Source: Takakia lepidozioides (lineage: Eukaryota; Plantae; Bryophyta). From it: DNA of 64,000 bases. Both the position numbers and the translations under genes were made by a program. This document shows, piece after piece, positions 12,430 to 24,345 of the stretch (position 1 is the stretch's first letter; each line of letters opens with the position of its first letter). Under the pieces are notes generated by a model. The model did no database searches. It was not told the DNA's origin and saw nothing but the letters and a program-made list of their open reading frames with translations. Location of the stretch: contig CM060732.1 in NCBI GenBank assembly GCA_030704615.1, positions 43,276,001 through 43,340,000 of the forward strand, read 5' to 3'.

Positions 12430-14911
12430 CAAAAACCAGATTCTTGTCATTACCACCACGGTGGTTTGAGTTTATTTCACTGTATAACTTGTCCCAGTAT
12501 AATTTCTTCTGAGACCTAACAAGCTGATTGATATCTTTACGGAGCTGGTAGTACCTCGCCCACAATTCTCTGTTGGTTCCAAATTGCAGCACTCTTTATA
12601 GAGGGCTCGTCTCTTAGCTATCTTGAGTTTAATCTCATTAGTCCACCAATTAACTGCTCTACCGCAGACAATTCGTTTCCTCCCAATGATCTTGTCAGCC
12701 ACGGAGGAAACGAAACTCTCCCAAGAGTCCACTGCTCTTTCGACTTCATTTCTTGCGTTAACAGAGCGTGACTGAAGTTCTTGGAGCGATTGGACAAAAT
12801 GAGGGAGAGCCTCTTGCAAGGCCTGGACGTACTCAGCCTTGACCTCCTCATTGTGGAATTTTTCTATGCGCCACTTCCGAATCGAACGTTTCACAGATCT
12901 CTTGGTGGTGGGAAAACACCTTTTGATCTCAGTCCAAACCAGGAAGTGGTCAGAGGTACCAATATCAGTTCTGTCGATCAACACATTGGCACACCGGGGG
13001 AACAAAATTTTGTCCATTATGATATAGTCCACAATGGAACGTTCCCCAGTTTGGGATTCCTCAGGAGTCCACTGCACTTGGTCACCACTTGTCCTGTTAT
13101 TCAAGGTCAAAAGCTGAAGCTCTTCTAGACAGTTAATTAACCGTCTGCCATTAGAATTCAGCTCGTCCTCACCAAAAGGTCCAATGATATTGTCCTGATG
13201 GATCCCTTTGCCCACCCGGGCATTGAAGTCCCCCAATAGTACCACCTGACCTTTGGCAAGGAACGAAGCACAGTCCAGCTTTACATCTTCGAAGGCCTTG
13301 TCTGCGTCAGCACTAAGGGTCCCCTCTGTGGGCATGTAAACACAACCAACAAAGAGGTCCTTTGTACTCATGCCGCCCTTCAAATTCAGTTTTAGCCAGA
13401 TACTATGCTCGTACCTCAAACCCTTGTTGATAATTTCACAATTGTCAAACAAGAAATCACGGACAAAGAATCCGACCCCTTTTTGACCGCGTTTGGCAGA
13501 GGCTGCCTTGAGAGTACACATCTTACCTGCCCATTTATAACCAATGACAACCAGTTTATCCGACGTTTCCCATGTTTCTTGCCCAGCACAGAAATGAATA
13601 TCATTAGTCCGAAGAACTTGTCCCACTTCAAGTTGTTTCCTTTGGTTGGTCAACCCTGAGAAGTTGAAAGTGGCCAGCCGCAAGCCAGCCCTTTGCGTGT
13701 GAATTGTTTGTCGTCTAGGTAGCTTGTGATTGCTCCTGGACGGCCAACCGTTCTGCAAAGGGGGGACAGTTACCCCATGTGTAGATTTTGCTCGTCTTGT
13801 GTAAACTTTGAGAATTGGTAAACCATTCAGGGTACCAAATCTTTCAGTTACACGACGCACAGGCTCCGCACACATAGGGGCAGATTGTCCGTCAGACTGC
13901 TTGGGGACAATTACCCCGTGTATAGATTTTGCTCGTCTTGTGTAGACTTTGAGGATTGGTAAACCATTTAGAGTACCAAATCCTTCAGTTACACGACGTT
14001 CAGGCTCTGCACACTTAGGGACAGATTGTCCATCTGACGGCTTGGGGACAATTACCCCGTGTATAGAATTTGTTCGTCTTGTGTAAACCTTGAGGATTGG
14101 TAAACCATTCAGAGTACCAAATCCTTCAGATTCAGGGCGTTCAGGTTCTGTACACTTAGGGGCATCTTGTCTTTCTGGCTGTTTGGATTCAACCTCATCC
14201 AGAGCATCAAACCGATTAGAAACTCTCAAGTTGAAGTTGTTGCCCTTGGTTGTCTTCCTAGAGCGCCCCATTGAATCACCAATGTCTAAGACCGCTCTCC
14301 AGCCAGTCAAGGGACGAACTTCTTTGAGATTGAATTGATGCGGGACTCTATTAGAAGCACTTTTGGTCATTGCAACCTTCAACGTACCCCTGTTATCAAG
14401 TCTCGAGATGGTACCATTAGCCATGAAATCCAAGCCTAAGCTAGAGCATGTAGTTTTAAAGGACACATCGTCCATCCTGGGATTCACCCCAAAAACTACA
14501 CATGAAGCCCTAGATTTGGCATAAGTAACCAATTCCCAGGGATCACCCTGAGGAGTGTTGATGTTGATAGGAGCTAAATTTTTGATTGTTTTCGCAGGCC
14601 ATAAGTTTAAGCACAGGAACCAACCCGAGCCCAAGTGCCGAGTATGCTAGACAGAGCATACGACTGCCCAATTTGGGCGGAGGGGCTGCCCCCAAGCGGT
14701 AGGAGTCCGCTTGTTACCATTCAGAGATCACACTCCAGGGAGTTGCAGGGAATGGCCCGTGTAGGCATATTCTAAAGAGGGAAAGGCCCCAAGCTTTCCA
14801 ACTAAATCCAATGCACTACCTTACCTGAAGCAAAGCGCTTCAGGTCGAAACAAACAAGGACACGAGGTCACAAGGCCGGCATTTAGTCACAGAGACATTA
14901 ATGTACTCCCG

Positions 14912-14914
<3 letters not shown>
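12430..14914 (-). mobile_element. LINE 5' portion: 5' UTR, N-terminal extension and AP endonuclease (RTE/RTEX-like by inference); RT core missing
   Basis: APE motifs LATFN, GQETW, LGDFNAR, VDYII, SDH; post-APE WWTNEIK; frameshift at about 12590; homology ends at HRGGNDK. Confidence 0.9.
13770..14160 (-). repeat. Three ~120-bp in-frame tandem repeats in the LINE ORF
   Basis: CxEPxR...FGTLNGLPILKVYTRRxxSxHGVxVP occurs three times. Confidence 0.95.

Positions 14915-14972
<58 letters not shown>
14915..14972. repeat. (GA/TC)~29 microsatellite
   Basis: Direct inspection. Confidence 0.97.
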
Positions 14973-14975
<3 letters not shown>

Positions 14976-15662
14976 TACTCATAAGACGATGTTTGCCGTA
15001 GCCTTGTGGCCCTTGACCCCGCGCCCAGTTTGAGCGGAAACCAAAGGGACAGAACCTACCTCTGTCAGGGGCTGACATTGGTAGTAAGACTTACCTTTAT
15101 ACAAAGAATTGATTCGGGTTTTCCAGATATCCTCTAGAAATCCCTTCACACAAATCTGCTGTGTGATTTGCCCAAAAACTAGGCCTCAGAAGGGCCTGGG
15201 CTTTTGGCTCAGCCTCGAGACTTTCAAAGTTGGTAAACAGAGGTACAGGCACAATTCTCTTGATAGATTGGAGGAGAGCTTCTCTCTGGTGAGAATACCC
15301 CGGACAGTGAATCAGAAAATGAATATTGTCTTCGGGTTGCCCACACAACGGGCAATCGCACTCCCCTTCCTGCCCTGAGTTTAAATTCAGTCTAGTGCCG
15401 AGAGTGGGTAGACCCTTGAGGTCATTCATGATATCCTCCCCCATGTCACAGTCTGGAAACAGGTTCAGGGAAGTTTTCTGCCTAACTTCATTTTCATCGG
15501 ACAATTTTCTGGTAACAGACATGGCTTTGGACACTACAGTCTCAGAGTCAGATTTAGCCAGCAAGGTCAAGACTTGCAGGTCCAGATTCAGATCCTTGAG
15601 AATCTCTTCTACCCTCTTCTGCCAGGACTCAGCCTGTTTGACAGGGCGGTCCTGTTTCGAAG

Positions 15663-15665
<3 letters not shown>
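14915..15665 (-). mobile_element. 5'-truncated LINE copy (C-terminal CCHC-type zinc finger, ORF end, (TC)n tail)
   Basis: CPLCGQPEDNIHFLIHCPGY; terminal GRGVKGHKATANIVL* followed within ~6 nt by (TC)~29. Confidence 0.85.

Positions 15666-15666
<1 letters not shown>

Positions 15667-15693
<27 letters not shown>
15667..15693. repeat. (GA/TC)~13 microsatellite
   Basis: Direct inspection. Confidence 0.97.
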
Positions 15694-15749
15694 GTGTTTA
15701 TTTAGCGGAAAGCCTGACCCAGGTCGATTAAAAAGTCTATGTCGAAGGA

Positions 15750-18700
15750 ATGAGCATAGAACAACTGTGGCAGGAGTTCTTTGCAAGTCCTTTACAGTGG
15801 TGGGACAACAGGTTTGATAAGGTAAGGCCATCCTCATGCAAATGTGAAAAGTTTGTCAAGGAGGGCTTGCCACTGACGCCGGCATGATAATGTTCTGTGG
15901 ACTGGATTGTATGTCCAGGTTGCGATGCCCGCTCAGCTGCCTATTGGTGTTATTCACAGAAGAGTCCAAGATCACCAGACTTCAGGCATAAGCACACAAA
16001 CGAGTCCTTCTGATTGAGGAACGGCCAAATCCTCCTTGGGTGAAGGCTAAGCTATCTGCTATGATACAACGTCGGGTTGGTTGTAATGTTGCTGCCCATG
16101 ATCGAGCTCCAGGCCTAGAATACAATGGGTACTGCTTTGATATGGGTCAAATTGATAGAATTGGTACAGTTTTCTATGGTAGTAATTTTGTGTCCCTGAT
16201 AATATGCAGCAAAAAGCCTATCCTTATGCAGAGATGTTTCTTTCAAGTATCTAGGAGCTTGGGATATCTGATGTGTGGTTAACTGAAAAATTGGGTTTGT
16301 AACGTTCAGGTTTGACTCGTGCAGGATAGAAGGGTTAAATCAGGCCCAGTTGTTTGTGGGACATCAGACTTGTGGCAGGCCTAGTACCTCTACCATCCCC
16401 ACTGTTTTTGGAAGAGGACCAAGACAGACAGTCAACGAGAATTCTTCTTGCACTTGCATTGATGTGAAGACACTATGCAAGGCAGGACGACTGCAAGATG
16501 CTCTGCACATTTTGAATAAAAAAGGCTTCCGGGTAGACTCCGGTACTTATGTGAGTTTCTTGCAGGAGTGCATCAACATGAAGGATCTATCAAAGGGAAA
16601 GCAGGTGCACGCCCACATCATTCAAAATGGATTTAGGCCAAACATCTTTCTACTCAACACCCTTGTCAACATTGTATGAACGAATGCATCAGGAAGGAGT
16701 GACACCTGACATTTGCGTTCTCAATGCATGTGCCAGTCTAGGAGTCCTGGAAAAGAGCAAAGCAGTCCATTCTGACATCGTTAAAGCTGGAATTGCACCA
16801 GATATCATTCTCGAGACTGCCCTTGTTGGCATGTATGCCAAATGTAGGAGCATGAAGGATGCTCGTCAAGTGTTCGACAACATGGCTAAACGAGATGTGG
16901 TCTCATGGAACGCAATGATTACTGGATATGCTCAGCATGGGTATGCTAGGGAGGCTCTGGAGATCTATGAAGAAATGATGTGGGAAGGGGTCATACCAAA
17001 CAATGTGACATTCCTTTGTGCTCTCAATGCGTGTGCCACCTTAGGAACCCTGCAAAGAGGTAAAAAAGTCCATTCTGACATCCTCAAGCGGGGAATTGCA
17101 CCAGACATCATTTTAGAGAATACCCTTGTAGACATGTATGCCAAGTGCAAGAGTACTGAGGATGCACGGCGAGTGTTTGACAATATGGTTCAACGGGATG
17201 TGGTCTCGTGGAATTCAATGATCACAGGATATGCTCAGCATGGATGTGGTTGGGAGGCAGTCAAGATCTATGAGCAAATGCAACGGGAAAGGGTGACCCT
17301 TGACAAGGTGACATTCATTGGTATTCTCACCGCATGTGCCAGTTCAGGAGCCCTGGAAAAGGGCAAAGAGGTCCATGCTGACATCCTAAACACTGGAATG
17401 GCGCCGGATATAATGCTGGAGACTGCCCTTGCTGATATGTATGCCAAATGTGGGAGCATAAAGGATGCCCGTCAAGTGTTTGAGAAAATGGTTCAACGGA
17501 ATGTGGTCTCGTGGAGTGTAATGATCGCAGGGTATGCCCAGCATGGGTTTGGTAGGGAGGCTTTAGAGATCTTCGATCAGATGATACAGGAAGGGGTGAA
17601 GCCCAACAAGGTGACATTCATTTGCGTCCTCAATGCTTGCAGCAGCCTAGGAGCCCTGGAGAAGGGCCAACAGGTCCATGCAGACATTGTGAAAGCTGGC
17701 TTTGTTCCAGATATCATTCTGGAGACTGCTCTTGCTGATATGTATGCAAAATGCAATAGCATAAAGGATGCACGTCGTGTGTTTGACAATATGGCTCAGC
17801 GAGATGTGGGTTCATGGAATGTGATCATTGCAGGATATTGTCAGCATGGGTGCGGCAGGGAGTCTTTCGAGGTTTATGAGCAAATGCAAGGGGAAGGGGT
17901 GATGCCTGACAAGGTAACGTTCGTTTGTATTCTGCATGCGTGCGCCAGCCTAGGAGCTCTGGAGAAGGGCAGGGAAATCCATGCTGCCATCATCAAAGCT
18001 GTTATTGGGCCCGATGTCGTTCTGGAGTCTGCCCTTGCTGACATGTATGCCAAATGTGGAAGTGTACAGGATGCACGTCATGTGTTTGACAATATGGCTC
18101 GGCGAGATGTGGTTTCATGGAGCTCAATGATTGGTGGATATGCTCAGCACGGGTGTGGTAGGGAGGCTTTGGAGCTCTATGAACAAATGACAAAGGAAGG
18201 GGTGATTTGTGACAAGTTGACGTTTATCTGCGTTCTCAATGCATGTGCCAGCCTGTCGGCCCTGGAGAAGGGCAAGGGGGTCCATGCTGACATTATCAGA
18301 GCTACAGTTACACCAGATATCGTTCTTGAGACTGCCCTTGTTGATATGTATGCCAAATGTGGGAGTTTGGAGGATGCACGTCAAGTTTTCAACAACATGA
18401 CGAGATGTGGTGTCATGGAATGCACTGATTGCAGGATATTCTCAGCATGGGTGTGGTAGGGAGGTCCTCCAACTATTTGAGCAAATGCAGCAAGAAGATC
18501 TGAAATTGGACGGTACCACCTTTATATGTCTGCTCTATGCATGTAGCCATGTGGGCCTAGTGGATGAAGGTCACCACTACTTCGATTCCATGAGTCAAGA
18601 TCATGGCCTCCCTCCTACTGTGGGGCATTTCAGCTGCATGGTGGATCTTCTCAGCCGTGGAGGTAAATTGGATGATGCAGAAGACTTCATCAACAGAATG

Positions 18701-19330
18701 CCAATTGAACCAGATGCTTCAGTGTGGGGGGCCTTGCTTGGTGCCTGTAGGATTCATGGCGATGTGGAGCGGGCAGAACATGTGGCAAAATCCCTTATGA
18801 AGTCGGATCCACAGCATGCGCCGACTTATGTGCTGCTATCAAACATCTATGCTGCAGCTGGCAGGTGGGATGATAAAGAAAAGGTGAGAAAAATGATGAA
18901 GGAGAGAGGTGTGAGAAAGGAGCCAGGACACAGCAGCATTGAGGTTGACAACCAGGTGCATACGTTTGTAGTAGAAGACAAAACGCATCCACAAATTGAG
19001 GAAATCTATGCTGAGCTCAAAAGATTGTCTGGGCAGTTGAAGGAGGCCGGGTACATTCCGGATACTCGCTGTGTATTACATGATATAGAGGAGGAGCGAA
19101 AGAAGATTTCTCTTGGTCACCATAGTGAGAGGCTTGCCATTGCTTTTGGGCTCATCAGTACTCCCCCCAGAAAGCCTATCCGGATCATCAAGAACCTTCG
19201 GGTATGTGGTGACTGCCATACCGCCACCAAGTTCATCTCGAAGATTGTTGAGCGAGCAATTGTTGTACGGGATGCCACCTGCTTTCACCACTTCCAAGAT
19301 GGGGGTTGCTCTTGTGGGGATTACTGGTGA
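15750..19330 (+). pseudogene. PLS-PPR-E-DYW editing factor with an N-terminal OSB-type PDF motif; disrupted
   Basis: Exons 15750-15821 (MSIEQLWQEFFASPLQWWDNRFDK), 15960-16128 (KSPRSPDFRHKHTNESF*L...NPPWVKAKL) and 16310-19330 (PLS array, E, DYW with HSE/CGDC/DYW). TGA at 16011; frameshifts at about 16020, 16670 and 18400. Confidence 0.85.
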
Positions 19331-19778
19331 AGTTTGTCCCTTCAGAGATGAGGGCAGAAAAGTGAAAGAGGAAGCAAATAGATAAGTTAAGAGAATCAAC
19401 AGGTGTCATTGAAGGGGACAGTCATCATTGCAAATCTGAGAGCTGCCTGTGGTGATGAGCACATTTCAAGTATTGCCCGGGAAACAGCTGGTGTCACAAA
19501 TGTCATTCCTGTTGCGTTGGTGACAGATTGCAATGATCACTTGGCGTGAGAAAATCACCAGGTAACATGGGGTTTCACGTTCTGAAGAAAGAGATCCTCC
19601 AAGGTTGATCAAAGTGTGGGTAATCCGAGTTCAATTTCTTTTCCTTGGAGTGACTGGAAAATCCACATCTTCCTTCTGCTTGCCACAAAAGCTGGAAATG
19701 CTGTTACAAATTTGACTCCTGATTGCAATACAGCAGAGTTTCAGATGCAAGAGTTGACCTTAGTGTTCCAGTAATTAG

Positions 19779-20850
19779 TTAATCAAACCCCAGAAGACCA
19801 AAGCCGGAGCCACAGCCCGTCACGCCATACTGTGTCGTAAGCCTTTTTGACATCGAGGAAGAAGACAAAAGTGGGCTTTCCTTCTTTTTCCTTCCCTGGA
19901 TAATCTGGCTTATAGTGAAGATAGGGGCTGCACTGACCACATGTCTGTGACAGCTAGCCCGGCCTTCATGAAAACCAAATCTAGACTTCAGATCAACCTC
20001 GAGATGGGTGCTTATTATCCTACAACATAGCTTGCCAACTGCGGTATGAAGAGTGATGCCGCGATAGTTCCCAGGCTCTTCTCTGTCGCCTTTCTTACTC
20101 AGATTGACAATGACTCCCTGTCTCCAACAAAAGGGAATCATGTTAGTCTGCAAAATAAGCTTAAAGACAAGGGCAAGGGCCTCTACCATAGGGTCACCAC
20201 CATACCTGATTAGCTCGTTGACAATGCTAACAGGTTCACCTGTTTTATAGCTGCTTAGATGCTTTACAGCTTCCACGACCTTGGAAGAACTAATGATCTG
20301 CTGTAACCCTTTGGGATATTCTGCAGTTCATCATGCTGTCCTGTGTCCCTCCATTCTTTAGAAGGCCCCTCACTATTGGAGTTAGATTCACGGCCAAGAA
20401 GGCTGTAGTATGTTTCAAAGGTTTTGACGATGTCAACCGTTGAAGTCACCACTGCACCCTTATCATTCATTAAAGCCTGTATTTGCTGGCCATTTTTCGG
20501 CCTGTACAAATGCTGTAAGGCCAACCAGAATCTCTTATCATTACCACCATGGTGGTTCAAGTTAATGTCTCAGCACAACTCTTCCCCTTAAACTTTCTTC
20601 TGAGCCCTTACAAGCTGTTAGCTTCTTTGCGCATTTGGTAATATCTAGCCCAAACCTCTTTGTCATCTTTGATAGTACAGCAGTCCATCTAAAGTGCCAA
20701 TCTCTCAGCAATGTTAGCTCGATCACATTGGTCCACCAATTTACTGCTCTACCATGAACAATGAGTTTCCTCCCAATGATCTTATCAGCCACAGAGGTGA
20801 CGAAACTCTCCCAAGAATCCACTGTCCGTTCGACTTCACTTCTAGAGTGA
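19779..20850 (-). mobile_element. Degenerate LINE ORF2 fragment (linker and RT N-terminal part), same family
   Basis: DSWESFVTSVADKIIGRK...WWTN and HHGGNDK match the 12430-12730 copy; KKGDREEPGNYRGITL RT motif; several frameshifts. Confidence 0.85.
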
Positions 20851-21399
20851 TCACACTAAACCAGCTGATAAAAAATAAGAAAGTGCGTGTGACTGAGCGA
20901 ATGGAGTGGATTTGGATTGACAAGTATCTTGTGAAATGAGGGATGCAAGGGAGGTAAAAATTTGAAGTAGGGGAGACCAAACTGGAACAGGTGCATAGAG
21001 GATAGGTGAAGTGAAGTGGTTTTGGGTTTGAGTGAAGACATCCTGCAGCAATCCCATAGTGCATATCAATGGGGAGCAGGCAAAACATTTGGCGTGGACC
21101 ATAATAATAGAAACTTGTGCAGGTGGATGTTCGACTCAGAAATAAGGAGGAGAGTGGTGGGGCTGGGGGCCAGCATGACAACACCAGCAGCAGTGCTGTG
21201 TGTACCCACCACCCGAGAGGCATTGTGATTGCCATTCAAGATGGGCGGTCCCATCATCAGGTAAACCCTCTTTTTTTTGGTCATCGTCTTCTTCTAGGTT
21301 TTGACTGAGGTCTATATGGGGGTGAGGGTTCTGCTTAGTGCTATTATCACTCACCATCCCACCTCTAGACTATCCCTCTAGGGATATCTCTAGCAAAGT

Positions 21400-21706
21400 C
21401 CCTCTTCAAATCCATCAAGGGATTTGTTCCTGTACCTCTGTTTACCAACTTCGAAAAGCTCGAGGCTGATCCAAAAGCCCAGGCCCTTTTGGGGCCTAGT
21501 TATTGGGCAAATCACATACAGCAGATGATGCTTGTGTAAAGGGATTTCTAGAGGATATCTAGAAAACTCGGATCAATTGCCTGTTCCAAGGTAAGCCATA
21601 CTACCGGCGTCAGCCCTCACAAAGGTAGTTTCTGTTCCGCTCAAACTGGGCGCGAGGTCAATGGCCACAAGGCTACGGCAAACAACGTCTTATGAATACA
21701 TTCTCT
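21400..21706 (+). mobile_element. LINE 3' end fragment, same family, opposite orientation
   Basis: Reverse complement aligns to 14975-15280; GREVNGHKATANNVL* then a short tctct. Confidence 0.85.
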
Positions 21707-24345
21707 AGCAGGCCACGGACACATGAAAGCTCATGTAAAATTATTTTGTTGTGTTTGACTGACATACAGTTTGGGCACTTACCCTTTGAAAGCATTTTGG
21801 GCTAACTGGGAAGGAATGCACTGCTGTACACAGTTGAAGATACGTGAGTATTGGACAGTCTAAGTGACCATTGATGAACTCCTCGTGCTTGATGGTTATG
21901 TTTTGGATGGCCTCCATCTTCAGAACGGAGCAAAGGCTCTCAAAATACTGTGGGCAAAGCTGTAAGAGGGTGTAGGCAAGGTGCTCTGAGCTGCGGCAGG
22001 AGCAGGTCAGAGTGCTGCTTTATTGCTGTTTCATCATTTGTGTTTTAGCCTTTGTCGTCACCCTCCTCAATCCATCTTCTTCTATCCTTGGTGCTTTGTG
22101 GCGTCTTTAGTTGTACCAGATTCTTACTTGTCTACCGAAATGTGACCAGTTGTTTATGGAATCCCTATGATGTAAGAAAGTGTTGTTTCTTCTTACCTCC
22201 TTGGCATATGTTGAATGGTGTTTCACGAGGTTTTGTACAGAACATTAACCCAGACATCTCTGTTTTAGGGATCTTGCTTACGTGGACTGACCTGGTAAAT
22301 TATAGTTGCGCTAATCCTTACTCTGACCCATTTCTGCCACTTTGTCGGAATGGTCAAGATTGGGAGCAGGGACCAATCAGAGTGAATCCATACATACAAC
22401 TATCCACAAGTCAGGGTGATGGAGTATGGGGTGGGTATCACCCTGCATTCACTTGAACACATCATGGATGTGTTCATTGATGGCCTCATGATGAAGCAAG
22501 AAATTGATGCACTTGCATCCCTTGTAAAATCCTGCTAATCACTACTCAAATGACCCTCTAGAGGGAAAGAGAGCCACTAAACATCTAAACATGCCAAATG
22601 AAAAGCGAATGCTTCAAGCAACCAAAACAACTCTGATCTAGCGCTTGGCTCAAAATTAACTTGAGCCTTGACTCTAGAGTTTCTGTTCTTCCATTGCCTC
22701 CAATTGATGTCATTTTTGAATTCAAGCTGGGAGTGATGTGAAGACGCAGCAATGAGGGGGCTTAGTAGGTTCAAATCGCATTTGGAGCAGCCGTTGATGC
22801 AGAGGATCTCTCTCCAACCGGGGAGGCATCAAGGCCATCGAGGATTGTCCCCTCCTACTTTAAAATTTCCTGTCATGGTGACATACCTTGGGCAGCCTGC
22901 TCACATTGCCAGTCTGAGCATGCATGTAAGTGTTGGAACTGAGTTGAGAGTTCGAGCAGGATACCCTGTGGAGACCCATCCACCCAAGTCCAGCCATCTG
23001 AATCCTTGCTTTCTTCTCTAAGTGAAGATGTCCTTCAAAGTTCTATTTTGAATCATATTCAGTAGATAGCCTGCAAACATGCACAAGGACTTCTGTACCG
23101 CTCTGGGTTACATGGGGGGCAAAAACTTCCCTTCATCCAGCTGTTTGCTTCCATCTCAAACTGATGGAGAAACCAGCAAGCAACACATGAGAAAGAGGAG
23201 AGCCTGATAGACATGGTGCAGACCCCTTATACCATCCAATCAGTGGTCTGCACTGCTATCGAGCACTATTCTTCCTCAAGGTTGCACTCCACAACTGTCA
23301 CCATTGATAACCTGTGTAAGGCAACACAGCCCACAACCATTCACAGGACATTGACTGGTCGAGATTCCTATTCATTTGAAAATGGCTCAGGTTCCAAGTT
23401 TGCTTTTATTTTAGGGAGGGCCATGCTTGCAGACCACCAAGGTAAGATGGAGGCCGGAGGCATCGACTTATAGAAGGGAGCCCTCACCCTCTTTATGTCT
23501 CTGTCTAAAGGCGGTGGTGGAGCATTCTAGAAAGGGGGCCCACCGCCTCATCCCACTACCTCAGCCTCATCCTACTTTTGGAAAGCTATAGAACTAGAAG
23601 GAGCCCACCCTCCTACTTCTATGCTAGCCTCTACACCTAGCCTCACATTTCACCAATTTCACCATGGGTGCCCTCCCTCCATATTGACAGTTCCAATCCC
23701 TCTCCCTTTTTTCACCTTCAAGAGTGGCCCCTACCAGAATTTGCAAAAATGACATTTCTGTTGGGAGCATGGTACACTGAAAGAGTGAGGAAGGTGATAA
23801 GCAAGGGGACCACACATTAACCATTTTCTGATAAAAAAGAGATGCTTTCGAATGCAAAGCTATAGTAGATTCTTTATTCATACAAATTCCTCCCTATACA
23901 AGTGACAAAGCCCATCCACATGAATATCTCTCCAGAGTCTCGCTTGTAATGACATGGGAGCTACAAACAATGCCTTGCAAAGAGGATTCACATTGCCCCT
24001 TCCCTCCCCGCTACAACTAACTTTTAAAATCAGCTGCACCACCAGCTCCATGTTTCATAATCTGGAAACACTGGTTAGGACCTCCACCACTGGTAATAAT
24101 CCCAGAAGAATCTACCCCTTCCCTTCATTATTTTAGAAGGCAGCTTAACTTTCAAAGAGAAAGACACAAGAGACACAGACAAGACACCAGCCACAGCATA
24201 TGGAATCAGTTGCCTTCCACAAATCCTGGATACTGCCCTTACATTGTGATCTCTGTAGCTTGATTTCAGTACTAATGGTTTCCTTTGCTAAAAAAGGAAT
24301 GCTCCCTTCAACAGCTCCTCAAAAGCCATGACGACAACTAATCCC

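Noticed and set aside
8382-19330. Possible U-to-C (KP/GRP-type) editing factors
   Set aside because: Both deaminase domains have PG boxes, HSE and terminal DYW, typical of C-to-U enzymes
22500-23900. Possible decayed L1 ORF1 or other retroelement
   Set aside because: Only vague Cys/His hints; no continuous motif I can support
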